The translations under genes and the position numbers were made by a program. Below are positions 9,555-19,886 of a DNA stretch of 64,000 nucleotides, piece after piece; position 1 is the first letter of the stretch, and each line of letters begins with the position of its first letter. This DNA comes from Nitrospirota bacterium. Lineage in GTDB: Bacteria > Nitrospirota > Nitrospiria > Nitrospirales > NS-4. Below the pieces are notes generated by a model that saw nothing but the letters and a program-made list of their open reading frames with translations, did not search any database and was not told the DNA's origin. The stretch spans positions 192,001 to 256,000 of the forward strand of contig CAWBGA010000013.1 in NCBI GenBank assembly GCA_963788195.1. Reading direction: 5' to 3'.

Positions 9555-9970
9555 AGCACTATTACAGATATGTCATGGCTGCGGCCGCCGCTGGCTTAAT
9601 CATCTCATTTCCCATCTCTGTGGCGGTCTCATACGGGAGTTTCGGTGATGTCGTGCGGATCGAGCAGCTTAGTTTTTACCCTGATACGTTGAGATTCCCG
9701 GGGGACGCTGTTGTAGTGCTCGTGGTACAGAACCGCGAAGACGGGCCGATTCAGCATGAGGTCTTATCCAAAGAATTGTTTCAGCCCGGCACGCTCGTAT
9801 CAATCGCAGGAACGGGAGAGATCGAATATGATAATGAGCAAGTTGCAAAGATTCTTCTCTTTCCTGGTGAGGAAATCGTAATCTGGTTTTATGCCAGGAA
9901 AGGCTCGACCTATGACTTTCAGTGCAATCTTAACGGGCATGCTATGCAGGCGACAATCCGAGCGTTCTGA
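9551..9970 (+). CDS. Exported cupredoxin-domain protein
   Basis: Signal/TM segment; VQN..QHE; C-terminal YDFQCNLNGHAM copper-loop-like motif. Confidence 0.65.
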   Translation: MKHYYRYVMAAAAAGLIISFPISVAVSYGSFGDVVRIEQLSFYPDTLRFPGDAVVVLVVQNREDGPIQHEVLSKELFQPGTLVSIAGTGEIEYDNEQVAKILLFPGEEIVIWFYARKGSTYDFQCNLNGHAMQATIRAF

Positions 9971-10249
9971 GAGTCGCCTGACCCATGCTCACCGGTAATT
10001 ACACAGCGAGGCTTAAAAGACACGGTTAAAGCAGCCGTTCAATCGCATTAGATCGCCAAGTACCACTGACATTGCCACCGCAGATTCTTACGCCTGTCGC
10101 TCCTCCAAAATCGCCTAGAATACCTTTAGAGATTTTGATACTCCATTCGGGGTATCAGCGCAGTGTCCGCCTCTCTAATACGATAAGATGCCGGCTGAGG
10201 ATTGACAGCACTTCGATTTGCAGCAGATCAACTTTGAGAGGAGAACAGT

Positions 10250-10795
10250 ATGAAGAATGATTTTCTTACAGACATCAAGACGCTCAGGGAGCGGGCCCGG
10301 CAACATATCGAAAAAGGCGCTGTCACCCAGAGCTATCAAGGAGATCTCAAGACAGCGGTACGCTTGCTCAACGAAGCATTAGCGACAGAAATCGTCTGCG
10401 TGTTGCGATACAGACGCCACTACTTCATGGCTAATGGCATTCACTCACAGTCCGTCGGTCAGGAGTTTCTCGAACACGCCAAAGAGGAGCAAGCCCACGC
10501 GGATCAGATAGCCGAGCGGATCACCCAATTGCGGGGCGAGCCGGATTTTTCGCCGGAGGGTCTCACGACCCGCAGCCATTCCGAATATGCCGAAGGAGAA
10601 ACGCTGGTGGACATGATCCGGGAAGACCTCATTGCGGAACGGGTCGCGATCGAGTCCTACACGGAGATGATCCGGTATTTCGAGAAAGATACCACCACCC
10701 GGCGGATGCTCGAAGAGATTCTGGCCAAGGAAGAGGAGCATGCCGATGATCTCGTTACCCTGTTGGAAACACTAGGGGAAAGCGCCAAGAACTAG
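10250..10795 (+). CDS. Bacterioferritin/Dps-like ferritin-family protein
   Basis: EALATE, EEQAHAD, EDLIAERVAI, EEEHADD di-iron motifs; GAGGAG RBS. Confidence 0.88.
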   Translation: MKNDFLTDIKTLRERARQHIEKGAVTQSYQGDLKTAVRLLNEALATEIVCVLRYRRHYFMANGIHSQSVGQEFLEHAKEEQAHADQIAERITQLRGEPDFSPEGLTTRSHSEYAEGETLVDMIREDLIAERVAIESYTEMIRYFEKDTTTRRMLEEILAKEEEHADDLVTLLETLGESAKN

Positions 10796-10954
10796 TCTGT
10801 TAGAGACCACTTGAGCGCACCACCGTCCTGTCTGAGTGAGCCGAAGGACCCAGGCTGCGGAGGATTGAGGCCTAGTCCTCCGTCGCGCTTGATTTACTTG
10901 AAAAAATTGGTCTATAGTAATGGGCTAAGGCACACTAGGAAGGGCATGTTCGCC

Positions 10955-12290
10955 ATGCCTGTCGAGTTACGGCCCCCGTTTCAGAATGAGGAGCGAACGT
11001 TGATTCCTGCACCTCGTATTGTCAAGGACTTTGGATCCCGGCCCATGGGAGATTGGGTCCTATATCGAGCAGGGCGGATACGAGGCTTGGAAGAAATGTG
11101 TTGTGACATGGACTCCTGAGCACGTCATCGCCGAACTCAAGCGGGCGGGTCTCAGAGGACGGGGAGGGGCAGGGTTTCCCACAGGCATCAAATGGGAAAA
11201 AGTGCTGAATCATCGGACTCCCGATCGTTACTTTGTCTGTAATGCAGGTGAGCACGAGCCAGGGACCTTCAAAGATCGCTATCTTCTAAGAACGAATCCT
11301 CATCAGGTTCTGGAAGGGGTCCTGATAGCGGCCCATACCGTGAAGGCCAAGGCGGCCTACCTCTACGTCAATCACGAGTATGTGGAAGAACTGGCGAATC
11401 TCCGCAAGGCTGCCGACCAGGCGCGTGCGGCGGGCTTTATGGGCAAAAACATCCTGGGTCGCGGCGTGGACCTTGATGTTGAATTTGTTGAGGGGCAGGG
11501 GAGCTACGTGGCGGGAGAAGAGACCGCGATGTTGGAATCGATGCAAGGCCGGCCCGCGATGCCCCGGCAGAAGCCGCCTTTCTACCCGACAGACTTCGGT
11601 TTGTACGGGAAACCGACCCTGGTCAACAATGTGGAGACCTTGTGCAATGTTCCCCCGCTTCTGCGCAACGGCGCCGATTGGTTCACGGAGGTCGGCACCG
11701 AGAAAAGTCCCGGGACCATGCTCTTCTCCATAAGTGGCGCCGTCAACCGGCCGGGCGTCTATGAACTGCCCATGGGAACGCCGGTCCGCACGCTTATCTA
11801 TGAGTCCGGCGGGGGGCTCCCGGACGGCCGGACGGTAAAAGCGGTGTTCCCCGGTGGACCGTCCTTCTCGATGTTGACGGCGGATCAACTGGATACGCCG
11901 ATGGACTTTGAAACGTTGAAAAAGGCTGGAAGCGGTTTGGGGTCGGCCGGAGTGATCGTTGTGGACGACCAGACCTGTATGGTCTCGATTGCGCTGAAGT
12001 ACGGGAATTTCTTTAAGGTCGAAAGTTGCGGGCAATGTCCTCCGTGTCGCATGGGCACCATCAACCTAGCCGAGCTCCTTCAAAAAATCGAGGACGGTGA
12101 GGGCACGGAGAAGGATCTGGCGACACTCCTGCAGGTCGCAGGCTTTGTCAAAGGGCGAGGGTACTGCACGGTTGTGACAGGAGCGTCCGTCCTGGTTGAA
12201 AGCAGCTTGCGACATTTCCGGAGCGAGTTCGAAGAGCATATCGCGCGCCGGCGCTGTCCGTATCAGCCATTGGCGGTCGCGGTGGCGTGA
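10955..12290 (+). CDS. nuoF: Stand-alone NuoF-like NADH-binding FMN/4Fe-4S protein; frameshift near 11030
   Basis: GLRGRGGAGFPTG, EPGTFKDR, GEETAM, NNVETL, ESCGQCPPCRMG...C; N-terminus in an adjacent frame (alternative start 10946). Confidence 0.88.
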
Positions 12291-12631
12291 TGCCACGGGT
12301 GACTTTCCTCCATCCGGAGGGACGGAGCGGCGAGGTGCCGGACAACGCCTCGCTGCTTGAAGCGGCGGAATTGCTGCAATTTCCGTTGCCGCATGATTGT
12401 GGCGGGAATGCGTCCTGCACTACCTGCCGCGTCGAAATGGAGTGCGGGGGCGATAATCTCTCGGAGATTGATTTCGATGAGCAAGACCTTTTGGACCGGG
12501 AGAATCTAACTGAAGCCTTTCATCGGTTGGGCTGTCAGGCCAGGCTGTCGGGGGATGTCGTAGTGCGGGTTCCCTTACACAAATGGGGTGAAGCACAGAG
12601 CGGTACAATCACAAGCTCAGATAAGTTATGA
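12290..12631 (+). CDS. fdx: 2Fe-2S ferredoxin (ISC/adrenodoxin type)
   Basis: HDCGGNASCTTCRV and RLGCQA; TGATG overlap with nuoF. Confidence 0.9.
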   Translation: MPRVTFLHPEGRSGEVPDNASLLEAAELLQFPLPHDCGGNASCTTCRVEMECGGDNLSEIDFDEQDLLDRENLTEAFHRLGCQARLSGDVVVRVPLHKWGEAQSGTITSSDKL

Positions 12632-12656
12632 TAAGAGTAAAGGGGGGGCGTAACAA

Positions 12657-12978
12657 ATGGTGACCATTAGCGAAAAAGCTCAGCAGAAAATCGGAGAGTT
12701 ATTGGAAGAGGAGAAGGATGCGGTCGGGCTCCGCGTGTACGTGAAAGGCGGCGGCTGCCACGGTTATCAGTACGGGATGTCCTTTGAGACGAAGACCGGG
12801 TGATGACGATACCATTATTGAAGAGGGCGGCGTCAAAGTAATCCTGGACTCGCAGAGCGCTCCGCTATTGTCGGGGGCCGAGGTGGATTACGTCGATAGC
12901 ATGCAAGGCTCTGGATTTGCCATCAAGAATCCGCAAGCCAAAACTACCTGCGGCTGCGGCAGCTCCTTTAGCGCCTAG
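12657..12978 (+). CDS. erpA: A-type Fe-S carrier ErpA/IscA; frameshift near 12800
   Basis: Hand translation MVTISEKAQ...[19 protein letters not shown], then [21 protein letters not shown] in another frame. Confidence 0.9.
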
Positions 12979-12986
12979 TCGAGCCA

Positions 12987-13019
12987 CCGGGCGGGCCTTC
13001 CTCAAGGAAGGCCGCCCGG
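12987..13019 (+). terminator. GC-rich hairpin after erpA
   Basis: CCGGGCGG(G)CCTTCC-TCAA-GGAAGGCCGCCCGG; no U tract. Confidence 0.45.
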
Positions 13020-13057
13020 AGCCGGAATATCCGGCTCTCGGAGTCGCAGGTGAGTGT

Positions 13058-14008
13058 ATGGGTACCGTCCGCCTGACGAAACGACTCGAATTCAGCGCAT
13101 CCCACCGCTACCACAATCCGGCCTGGTCAGACGAACGCAACCGGGCGGTCTTCGGTCGCTGTAACAATGTCCACGGGCACGGGCACAATTATCTTCTGGA
13201 AGTGACGATCGAAGGGGCCGTGGATGAGAATACCGGCATGGTGGTCAACCTCTATGATGTGAAGCAGGTCTTACAGGGCGTCATCGAAGAGTTCGACCAT
13301 AAGGATCTGCATCTGGACACGCCGGTCTTTCGCGGACAGATCCCCACGACAGAAAATCTTTCCATCGTTCTCTGGGACAGGATTACGGCGAAGACGTCGG
13401 GGTTTCAGATTGCGAGGATCAGGCTTTTTGAGGAGGAGGACTTGTACGTGGACTACGAGGGTCGACAGCGCGGTGAAGTTCCGGAAGTCGCTCTAACGCG
13501 TCGCTACCAGTTTTGCGCGGCCCATCGGCTGCATTCCACGGTACTATCCGAGGAGGAGAACCGAAAGATCTTCGGAAAGTGCAACAATCCAAACGGACAC
13601 GGCCACAATTATGTTGTCGAAGTGACTGTCCGGGGGACGGTGAATCCTGAGACGGGAATGGTGGCCGATCTGGACGAGATAGACCGCGCCGTCGACGAGC
13701 AGGTGATCCGCCGATTCGATCACCAGCATCTAAATTACGATAAGGCCTTCGTGTCCACCGTTCCCACCGGCGAGAACCTCGTCATATTCATCTGGCAGGC
13801 GCTTGAAGCAGCAATGCCGGGCGTCATGCTGGACCGAATCTGTTTGGTTGAGACTCGCGACAACTATTTTGAGTATCGCGGTGAAAAGTCGGCCCGTCCT
13901 GAACTCGTATCGCACGCAGCCTCCGCACGTCCTGCCAAGGCGGGTCCTTCAGCCCGTGGAACGAGCTCCTCTCCCCCTGGACCGGAGTCCACCAGCAGGC
14001 TCCGATGA
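13058..14008 (+). CDS. Tandem two-domain 6-pyruvoyl-tetrahydropterin synthase (PTPS/QueD family)
   Basis: Two repeats: [22 protein letters not shown] and [27 protein letters not shown]. Confidence 0.88.
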   Translation: MGTVRLTKRLEFSASHRYHNPAWSDERNRAVFGRCNNVHGHGHNYLLEVTIEGAVDENTGMVVNLYDVKQVLQGVIEEFDHKDLHLDTPVFRGQIPTTENLSIVLWDRITAKTSGFQIARIRLFEEEDLYVDYEGRQRGEVPEVALTRRYQFCAAHRLHSTVLSEEENRKIFGKCNNPNGHGHNYVVEVTVRGTVNPETGMVADLDEIDRAVDEQVIRRFDHQHLNYDKAFVSTVPTGENLVIFIWQALEAAMPGVMLDRICLVETRDNYFEYRGEKSARPELVSHAASARPAKAGPSARGTSSSPPGPESTSRLR

Positions 14009-14655
14009 GCAAACGGCCGGCTCCGATAAACAGACAGCAGGCTTTGGTGAGCAAAGGAAAAGCGCTCGCCGAGACACGGACAGCTGCCGTTGAACTGCCT
14101 AGCCTGGTCACCCAAATGTTGATTTCTCTCGGGGAGGATCCAACTCGAGACGGATTGCAGAAGACGCCGGAGCGCGTCGATAAGGCCCTTCGTTTTCTCA
14201 CCAAAGGGTATCTCGAGAATGTTGACGACGTCCTGAACAGCGCGCTCTTCTCGGTCAAGTACGATGAGATGGTCGTGGTGCGGGATATTGATTTCTTCAG
14301 CCTGTGCGAGCACCACCTGCTGCCGTTCTACGGCAAGTGCCACGTGGCGTACATTCCCAACGATCGCGTCGTTGGTCTCAGCAAAATCCCGCGCCTTGTA
14401 GAAGTGTTCAGCCGCCGATTGCAGGTCCAGGAGCGATTAACTGTGCAGATCGCGGAAACCTTGATGGAGAAATTGAACCCCCAGGGCGCTGCTGTGGTGA
14501 TCGAAGCGAGACATCTGTGCATGATGATGCGCGGGGTGGAGACACCGAACGCGGTGGCTGTCACAAGTTCGATGCATGGCGTATTCCTGAATCAGCAGAA
14601 GACCCGCGAGGAATTTCTCACCCTGATACGGCGGGGCGCGCGGCAGGATCTCTAA
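14005..14655 (+). CDS. folE: GTP cyclohydrolase I
   Basis: [45 protein letters not shown] overlap. Confidence 0.96.
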   Translation: MSKRPAPINRQQALVSKGKALAETRTAAVELPSLVTQMLISLGEDPTRDGLQKTPERVDKALRFLTKGYLENVDDVLNSALFSVKYDEMVVVRDIDFFSLCEHHLLPFYGKCHVAYIPNDRVVGLSKIPRLVEVFSRRLQVQERLTVQIAETLMEKLNPQGAAVVIEARHLCMMMRGVETPNAVAVTSSMHGVFLNQQKTREEFLTLIRRGARQDL

Positions 14656-14669
14656 TCGCGTCAGCTACG

Positions 14670-14898
14670 TGTCATTCTGAGCGCAGCGAAGAATCTAGTT
14701 CTTTTCACGGAGCCTCTCCTGACCGTGAAGGCAGATCCTCGCGGAGTTTATGCTGAGCGTCGGATGAGATCCTTCACGGAGTTTATCCTGAGCGCAATCG
14801 AGATGCTTCGAGGAGCCTGTCCTGAGACGCAAGAGAGATGCTTCACTGTGTTCAGCATGACAACCAGGGATTCAGGATGGCGAAGGGTTCAGGATGAC
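14670..14898. repeat. Nested REP-like palindromic element cluster between convergent genes
   Basis: GTCATTCTGAGCGCAGCGAAGAATCT ... GTTCAGGATGAC ends; four internal AGATSCT units, three followed by CTGAG. Confidence 0.65.
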
Positions 14899-14902
14899 CA
14901 AG

Positions 14903-15244
14903 TCAGCTAGGATTTTGCAGGACGCTCTGAATTGACGCGCGCAAAGCCGCCGGATCAACCGTTCCTTCCCGACTCTCGACCATTTTGCCTTTGGAGTAAA
15001 AGTGAATGGTCGGGTACGTCTCAAAGGTGAACCTTTTTTTGATCTCCCGTGAAGCGCCGGGAACGTGCATCTTTCCCTTGCCAAAGCGCACCTTACCCTG
15101 AAATTCCGGCGCAACCTCGGTCAGCACACCATCCATGTACGCGCATCCCTCACAATTGGCGATTCCGTATACGACCACAGACGCTGGGGCGTTAAAATAC
15201 GCATCGAAAGTCGTATCGTTCACGTTGCCGATGAGGTCTTCCAT
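14903..15244 (-). CDS. Thioredoxin-like protein (CEGC)
   Basis: CxxC after a beta strand; YPTIHF cis-Pro motif. Confidence 0.8.
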   Translation of the reverse strand: MEDLIGNVNDTTFDAYFNAPASVVVYGIANCEGCAYMDGVLTEVAPEFQGKVRFGKGKMHVPGASREIKKRFTFETYPTIHFYSKGKMVESREGTVDPAALRASIQSVLQNPS

Positions 15245-15280
15245 GTGCTTGTAGCCCTTTACTAACCCTGTGTTGGGACT

Positions 15281-15307
15281 GGCTCCGATTCGCTTCGAAT
15301 CGGAGCC
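15281..15307. terminator. Perfect 12-bp hairpin between prx and trx
   Basis: GGCTCCGATTCG-CTT-CGAATCGGAGCC. Confidence 0.5.
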
Positions 15308-15331
15308 TCTCCCGCGTTCACACGAAACAAA

Positions 15332-15372
15332 GGGGACAGGCAGCTTTTTTCAGAAGAAAAGCAGCCTGTCCC
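15332..15372. repeat. REP-like palindrome GGGGACAGGC...GCCTGTCCCC
   Basis: 10-bp perfect inverted ends; related to the 8514 element. Confidence 0.6.
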
Positions 15373-15393
15373 CGAAGAGAGCAGAAGGGAGAA

Positions 15394-15873
15394 TCAGCTC
15401 AGTTTCTTCAGCGCCTCTAGGATGTCCTTATCGTCGCGGGCGGTTTTGATCTCCTGCACCTTTGCGTAGGCGACCTTGCCGTTCTTGTCGACGATAACGG
15501 TGGCCCGCTTGCCGCAGTTGAGCGGTTCAAAATACAGGCCGTATTTCTTTACCACGTCGCGGTTGAAATCCGCCAGCAGCCGCTGTTTGAGCCCGAGCGC
15601 ATCGGACCATGCTTTATGCGAGAAAAAACTATCAGTGCTGATGCCCACGACTTCCGCGTTCGCTTGCTCGAATTTCGGGAAGTCGTCGCTGATGCATTTG
15701 TTCTCGCCGGTACAGACTGGGCTCCAGTCCAAAGGGTAGAAGATCAGAACAACATTCTTCTTCCCGCGGGCGCTGCTGAGACTCCAATCTTTCTGATCCT
15801 GATCCTTCAGAGTAAAGTCTGGGGCAGTATCACCCACTTTGATTTCATTTGCCGCCTCTTGTGCTACAGCCAC
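15394..15873 (-). CDS. Peroxiredoxin (AhpE/AhpC-TSA family)
   Basis: AAGGAGG RBS before GTG 15873; [29 protein letters not shown]. Confidence 0.9.
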   Translation of the reverse strand: MAVAQEAANEIKVGDTAPDFTLKDQDQKDWSLSSARGKKNVVLIFYPLDWSPVCTGENKCISDDFPKFEQANAEVVGISTDSFFSHKAWSDALGLKQRLLADFNRDVVKKYGLYFEPLNCGKRATVIVDKNGKVAYAKVQEIKTARDDKDILEALKKLS

Positions 15874-15989
15874 GGTACCCTCCTTGAGAATGAATTCTGT
15901 GTGTGGACGTTGATTTGGAACGAACCACAATTGTACACCGGGCGTTGCCGAGTTTGTCAACCAGTCGCTGCGTCTGATATCGTGATCTT

Positions 15990-17270
15990 ATGGACCTTTT
16001 TTCCTCGGATGCCCCCCCGGGGGTTGAGATACCTGGGCCCCTAGCCGATCGCATGCGCCCGTCGTCACTTGACGACCTGCTTGGACAGGACGACGTCATC
16101 GGTCAGGGCCGCTCTTTGCGGCTTGCCATTGAGCAGGACACCTTGACCTCAGTCATCCTATGGGGTCCACCCGGAAGCGGCAAGACATCACTGGCCCATC
16201 TCATCGCGCTGCACACAAAGGCTCACTTCGTTAAATTCTCCGCGGTGACGAGCGGCCTGCCCGAATTACGTAAAGTCATACAAGCAGCCGAGCAGCGCCG
16301 CAGGGTCAGCGGCCGACGGACGATCCTATTTGTGGATGAGATTCATCGTTTCAATAAGGGCCAGCAGGATGCCTTCCTGCCCCACGTCGAGAGTGGCGCG
16401 ATTACCCTCGTCGGGGCGACGACCGAGAACCCCTCATTTGAAGTCGTCTCACCACTACTGTCTCGCTCGTTGGTGGTGGTGCTACAACCCCTTTCAGAAC
16501 CCGCTCTCATGAAGATACTCACCAAGGCGCTGGTGGATGCCGAGCGGGGTCTAGGGCGGTACTCCGTGGATCTGAAAGAGGATGCGCTGCGGCAGTTGGC
16601 CGCCTTTGGGAATGGCGATGCCCGTGTCGCTTTGAATGCCTTGGAATTTGCGGTGCTCCATACGCCGCCCGCAAAGGACGGGCGTGTTCGGTTGGATGGC
16701 CCGGCGTTGGCCGAGGCGCTGCAGAAGAAGAGCTTGCGCTACGACAAGAGCGGAGAGGAGCATTACAACCTGATCTCCGCCTTCATCAAAAGTCTTCGAG
16801 ACTCGGATGCGGACGGCGCGCTCTACTGGATGGCCCGCATGCTCGAAGGCGGAGAATCGCCGCGATATATTGCCCGCCGCATGGTGATCTTCGCCTCGGA
16901 GGATGTCGGGAATGCGCAACCGCTTGCGCTCGTCGTCGCCGAGGCGGTTTCGCGGGCGGTCGAATTTGTGGGGCTTCCTGAGTGCCGGTTGAACTTGGCC
17001 CAGGGTGCCACGTATCTGGCAACCTGCCCGAAGGATAACGCTTCGTATCAGGGTCTGATCGAAGCGACAAACGATGCCCAGGAATATGGCAACCTGCCGG
17101 TCCCGTTGCACTTGCGAAATGCGCCGACCTCTCTCATGCGCGGTCTCGACTACGGCAAAGGGTATCGGTACGTGCACGAAGAACCGGAAGCTCAAACGGA
17201 GCAGACCCACCTGCCTGAGGAACTGGGAAGAAAAAAGTACTATCGGCCTAAGCCGGCGAAGCCTACGTAA
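15990..17270 (+). CDS. rarA: Replication-associated recombination AAA+ ATPase RarA/MgsA
   Basis: PLADRMRP, WGPPGSGKT, FVDEIHRF, GATTENPSF, HLRNAPT. Confidence 0.96.
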   Translation: MDLFSSDAPPGVEIPGPLADRMRPSSLDDLLGQDDVIGQGRSLRLAIEQDTLTSVILWGPPGSGKTSLAHLIALHTKAHFVKFSAVTSGLPELRKVIQAAEQRRRVSGRRTILFVDEIHRFNKGQQDAFLPHVESGAITLVGATTENPSFEVVSPLLSRSLVVVLQPLSEPALMKILTKALVDAERGLGRYSVDLKEDALRQLAAFGNGDARVALNALEFAVLHTPPAKDGRVRLDGPALAEALQKKSLRYDKSGEEHYNLISAFIKSLRDSDADGALYWMARMLEGGESPRYIARRMVIFASEDVGNAQPLALVVAEAVSRAVEFVGLPECRLNLAQGATYLATCPKDNASYQGLIEATNDAQEYGNLPVPLHLRNAPTSLMRGLDYGKGYRYVHEEPEAQTEQTHLPEELGRKKYYRPKPAKPT

Positions 17271-17271
17271 G

Positions 17272-19131
17272 TTATGACCCGGGAGCGGCTGTTTGACTGT
17301 CCAGTTCTTTGATCTCGGTTTTGACGCCTTCGGCTTCCTCACATAGGGTCGCCCATTGGGCCGTTCGCGCTGTTTGCTCCCTGACCCAGCGTTCACGCTC
17401 GGTGCTCATCGCCTCCCAGCGCACAGGGTCCTGGTACAGAGTGCTGGTGGCTAATTCTGCATCCCGCGCCTGAATCATGGTCTCTGCCGTGGCGATCTCT
17501 TCCTCTAGGCGCGAGATTTGCCGATTGGCCCGCCCGAGAGCTTTGCTTAAATCACGTCGACGTCCGCCGACACCCTTCTCGCCTTTTTCACGCCCTGTTG
17601 AAGCGGTAGATTTTTGTTGGGTTGTGGGCGCTGATTGGTCTTCGGGGGCTCCCTTTATCGATTCAATCTCCTGCGTCTTTTTCCACAGATAATATTCATA
17701 GTCTCCGTGATAATCGCGGGCTTGGCCATTGTCGATTTCAATGACGCGCGTCGCCACCCGTGTTAGAAAAACCGGATCGTGCGAGATAAAGACGAGAGTT
17801 CCAGGGAAATCCACGAGGGCGTCGGTCAGGACGTCCACGGAAGGGGGATCAAGATGATTGGTCGGCTCATCGAGCAGGAGGGTATTTGCCGGTTCGACCA
17901 TCATGCGGGCCAGCGCGACGCGATTGCGCTCGCCACCGCTCAAGACCTTGATAAACTTTTTTTGATTCGCGCCTTCAAACAAAAAGGCACCGGCCAGTCC
18001 GCGAATGAAATTCATTTCCGTGCGCGGGGCGACCTCTCCGATCGCCTCAAGGACCGTATGCTCTTGATTGAGGATATCGGCCTGATGTTGCGCAAAGTAA
18101 TGAAGGGTAACGCCATGGCCGACGGCCCGGGTTCCGGCATCTGGAGCAAGTACCCCCGCCAACAGTTTGAGCAAGGTACTTTTACCGGCCCCATTTTCGC
18201 CGACCAGGGCGACCCGCTGACCCCGCTCAACGGAAAAATCCAGGGAGCGATACACCACGCTCTCCCCGTACGCTTTTGCGATACCTTTCAGATCGAGGAC
18301 ATGGCGGCCGGACGCCGGAGGGACGGGGAAACGAAAGCGCACCCGTTTAGGATCCCGGGTGCGCTCAATCCGCTTGACCTTCTCTAATTGCTTGAGCCGC
18401 GACTGTACCTGGCTCGCCTTGGTCGCCTGATAGCGGAACCGGTCCACGAACTTCTGTACCCGGCCGATCTCCTTGTCCTGCCGGTCAGCCGCGGCGGCTT
18501 GAGCAGCCTCATAGGCCTCCCGCCACGCGATATATTTCGTGTAGTTTCCGACGCTTTCCATGATGCGATGATGCCGAATCTCCCAGATGTGCGTCACCAC
18601 TCGATCAAGAAACGCCGTATCGTGGCTGATCACGAGGATGGTAAAAGGAGACTTCAGAAGAAAGTCTTCAAACCACCGCTGGGTCGCCTTGTCCAGGTGA
18701 TTTGTGGGCTCGTCCAATAATAGGACATCGGGCGCCGACAGCAACAAATGGGCGAGCGCCACCCGCATTCGGAACCCGCCGGAGAGGGCCGAGAGCGGCC
18801 GGGTGAAATCGGTCTCCGTAAAGCCTAACCCGGACAGAATCCGCTTCGCTTCATGCTCCGGATATAAGCCGCGGTGTGTCGCATCCACAGCGGTATGTCC
18901 CGGAATCGTTTCAAGATCCTGGGGAAGGTAGCCAATTTTCAGGCGCGGGCGTTTGCGAATCCGACCGTTATCGACCTCGTGCTCGCCGAGGACAAGCCGC
19001 AGGAGGGTGGTCTTCCCGACCCCGTTGGGCCCGACTAACCCTACGCGTGTGCCAGGCCGCAGATGCACCGTGGCGTCTTTTAGAAGGACCTTCGTGGAAA
19101 ACTGTTTGCTGACTGACTCGAGTTGCAGCAT
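17272..19131 (-). CDS. ABC-F family ATPase
   Basis: Two NBDs (GPNGVGKTT/LSGG/LDEPTNHLD twice); linker FVDRFRYQATKA; C-terminal coiled coil; no TM. Confidence 0.92.
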   Translation of the reverse strand: MLQLESVSKQFSTKVLLKDATVHLRPGTRVGLVGPNGVGKTTLLRLVLGEHEVDNGRIRKRPRLKIGYLPQDLETIPGHTAVDATHRGLYPEHEAKRILSGLGFTETDFTRPLSALSGGFRMRVALAHLLLSAPDVLLLDEPTNHLDKATQRWFEDFLLKSPFTILVISHDTAFLDRVVTHIWEIRHHRIMESVGNYTKYIAWREAYEAAQAAAADRQDKEIGRVQKFVDRFRYQATKASQVQSRLKQLEKVKRIERTRDPKRVRFRFPVPPASGRHVLDLKGIAKAYGESVVYRSLDFSVERGQRVALVGENGAGKSTLLKLLAGVLAPDAGTRAVGHGVTLHYFAQHQADILNQEHTVLEAIGEVAPRTEMNFIRGLAGAFLFEGANQKKFIKVLSGGERNRVALARMMVEPANTLLLDEPTNHLDPPSVDVLTDALVDFPGTLVFISHDPVFLTRVATRVIEIDNGQARDYHGDYEYYLWKKTQEIESIKGAPEDQSAPTTQQKSTASTGREKGEKGVGGRRRDLSKALGRANRQISRLEEEIATAETMIQARDAELATSTLYQDPVRWEAMSTERERWVREQTARTAQWATLCEEAEGVKTEIKELDSQTAAPGS

Positions 19132-19379
19132 TAGTACTTCGACTCCTGCGTAAGACTGTAGCCTTTTTTTGTCATGCATCCCTTGAGCTCGCTCGCGTAC
19201 GCCGGCGAGTTTTTGTCGGCGCCGTACCATCCGTACTTATCCCGTAATTCGATGCGGCATTCGTACAGGGCGATCTCCATTTCGGATTCTATTTTTCCTT
19301 GCTGATACCAGAAGTCTTTCCCAGCACAAGCCGGCAGAATGAGCATCAACAAGATAATGGCGGCTGCGCGCATTTTCAT
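19131..19379 (-). CDS. Small lipoprotein
   Basis: GGAGGAG RBS; lipobox LPAC; paired Cys (EC...CMTKKGY). Confidence 0.75.
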   Translation of the reverse strand: MKMRAAAIILLMLILPACAGKDFWYQQGKIESEMEIALYECRIELRDKYGWYGADKNSPAYASELKGCMTKKGYSLTQESKY

Positions 19380-19550
19380 GTCTCCTCCGGGAAGTGACCG
19401 ATGGCGCCTACATGAGCGATGCTAGCGACGGGAGCCGGCGAGCGCCGGCCGTCTGAATGCTGAGAGGGGCCGCATAAAGATAGAATACAACATTAGGCCA
19501 GGAAAATCGAGGGGATTAGCACCCATCGCAGGGATGCCAAGCGGGAAAGA

Positions 19551-19886
19551 TCAGCGGAGGGAAAGGCTGGGCAGCGTGGGCTGAATCGGACAGGAAAAAA
19601 GCGCAAGCAGAGGAGCGCGGAACGAAATAGTACTCGGGTCGACCGGCGCGCTGCTGTTCTGAATGTGCACCGTACCATCGTGACTGCGGGAAAGAACCAG
19701 GAGGGGCTGCACGAGCAATTGTCCCACTTCTTGCCGGAGCGTCATTACCGGGGTTGCGCCAAAATCGAAGGCGGACATTCCGCCGATGCCCCGGTCCTTA
19801 TAGGGTAGGAAGTTCCCAAATCCGGTGCATCCCGGCGTGAAGATGAGCAGCGACAGCAGCATTGTGATAAGCGAACGAGGCACCAT
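19551..19886 (-). CDS. Hypothetical protein, possible lipoprotein
   Basis: AAGGAG RBS; hydrophobic leader ending PGC; C-terminus doubtful. Confidence 0.4.
   Translation of the reverse strand: MVPRSLITMLLSLLIFTPGCTGFGNFLPYKDRGIGGMSAFDFGATPVMTLRQEVGQLLVQPLLVLSRSHDGTVHIQNSSAPVDPSTISFRAPLLALFSCPIQPTLPSLSLR

Noticed and set aside
13880..14008. Low-complexity C-terminal tail of PTPS as an extra domain
   Set aside because: Ser/Pro/Ala-rich with no motif; may be a disordered tail or an indel artefact
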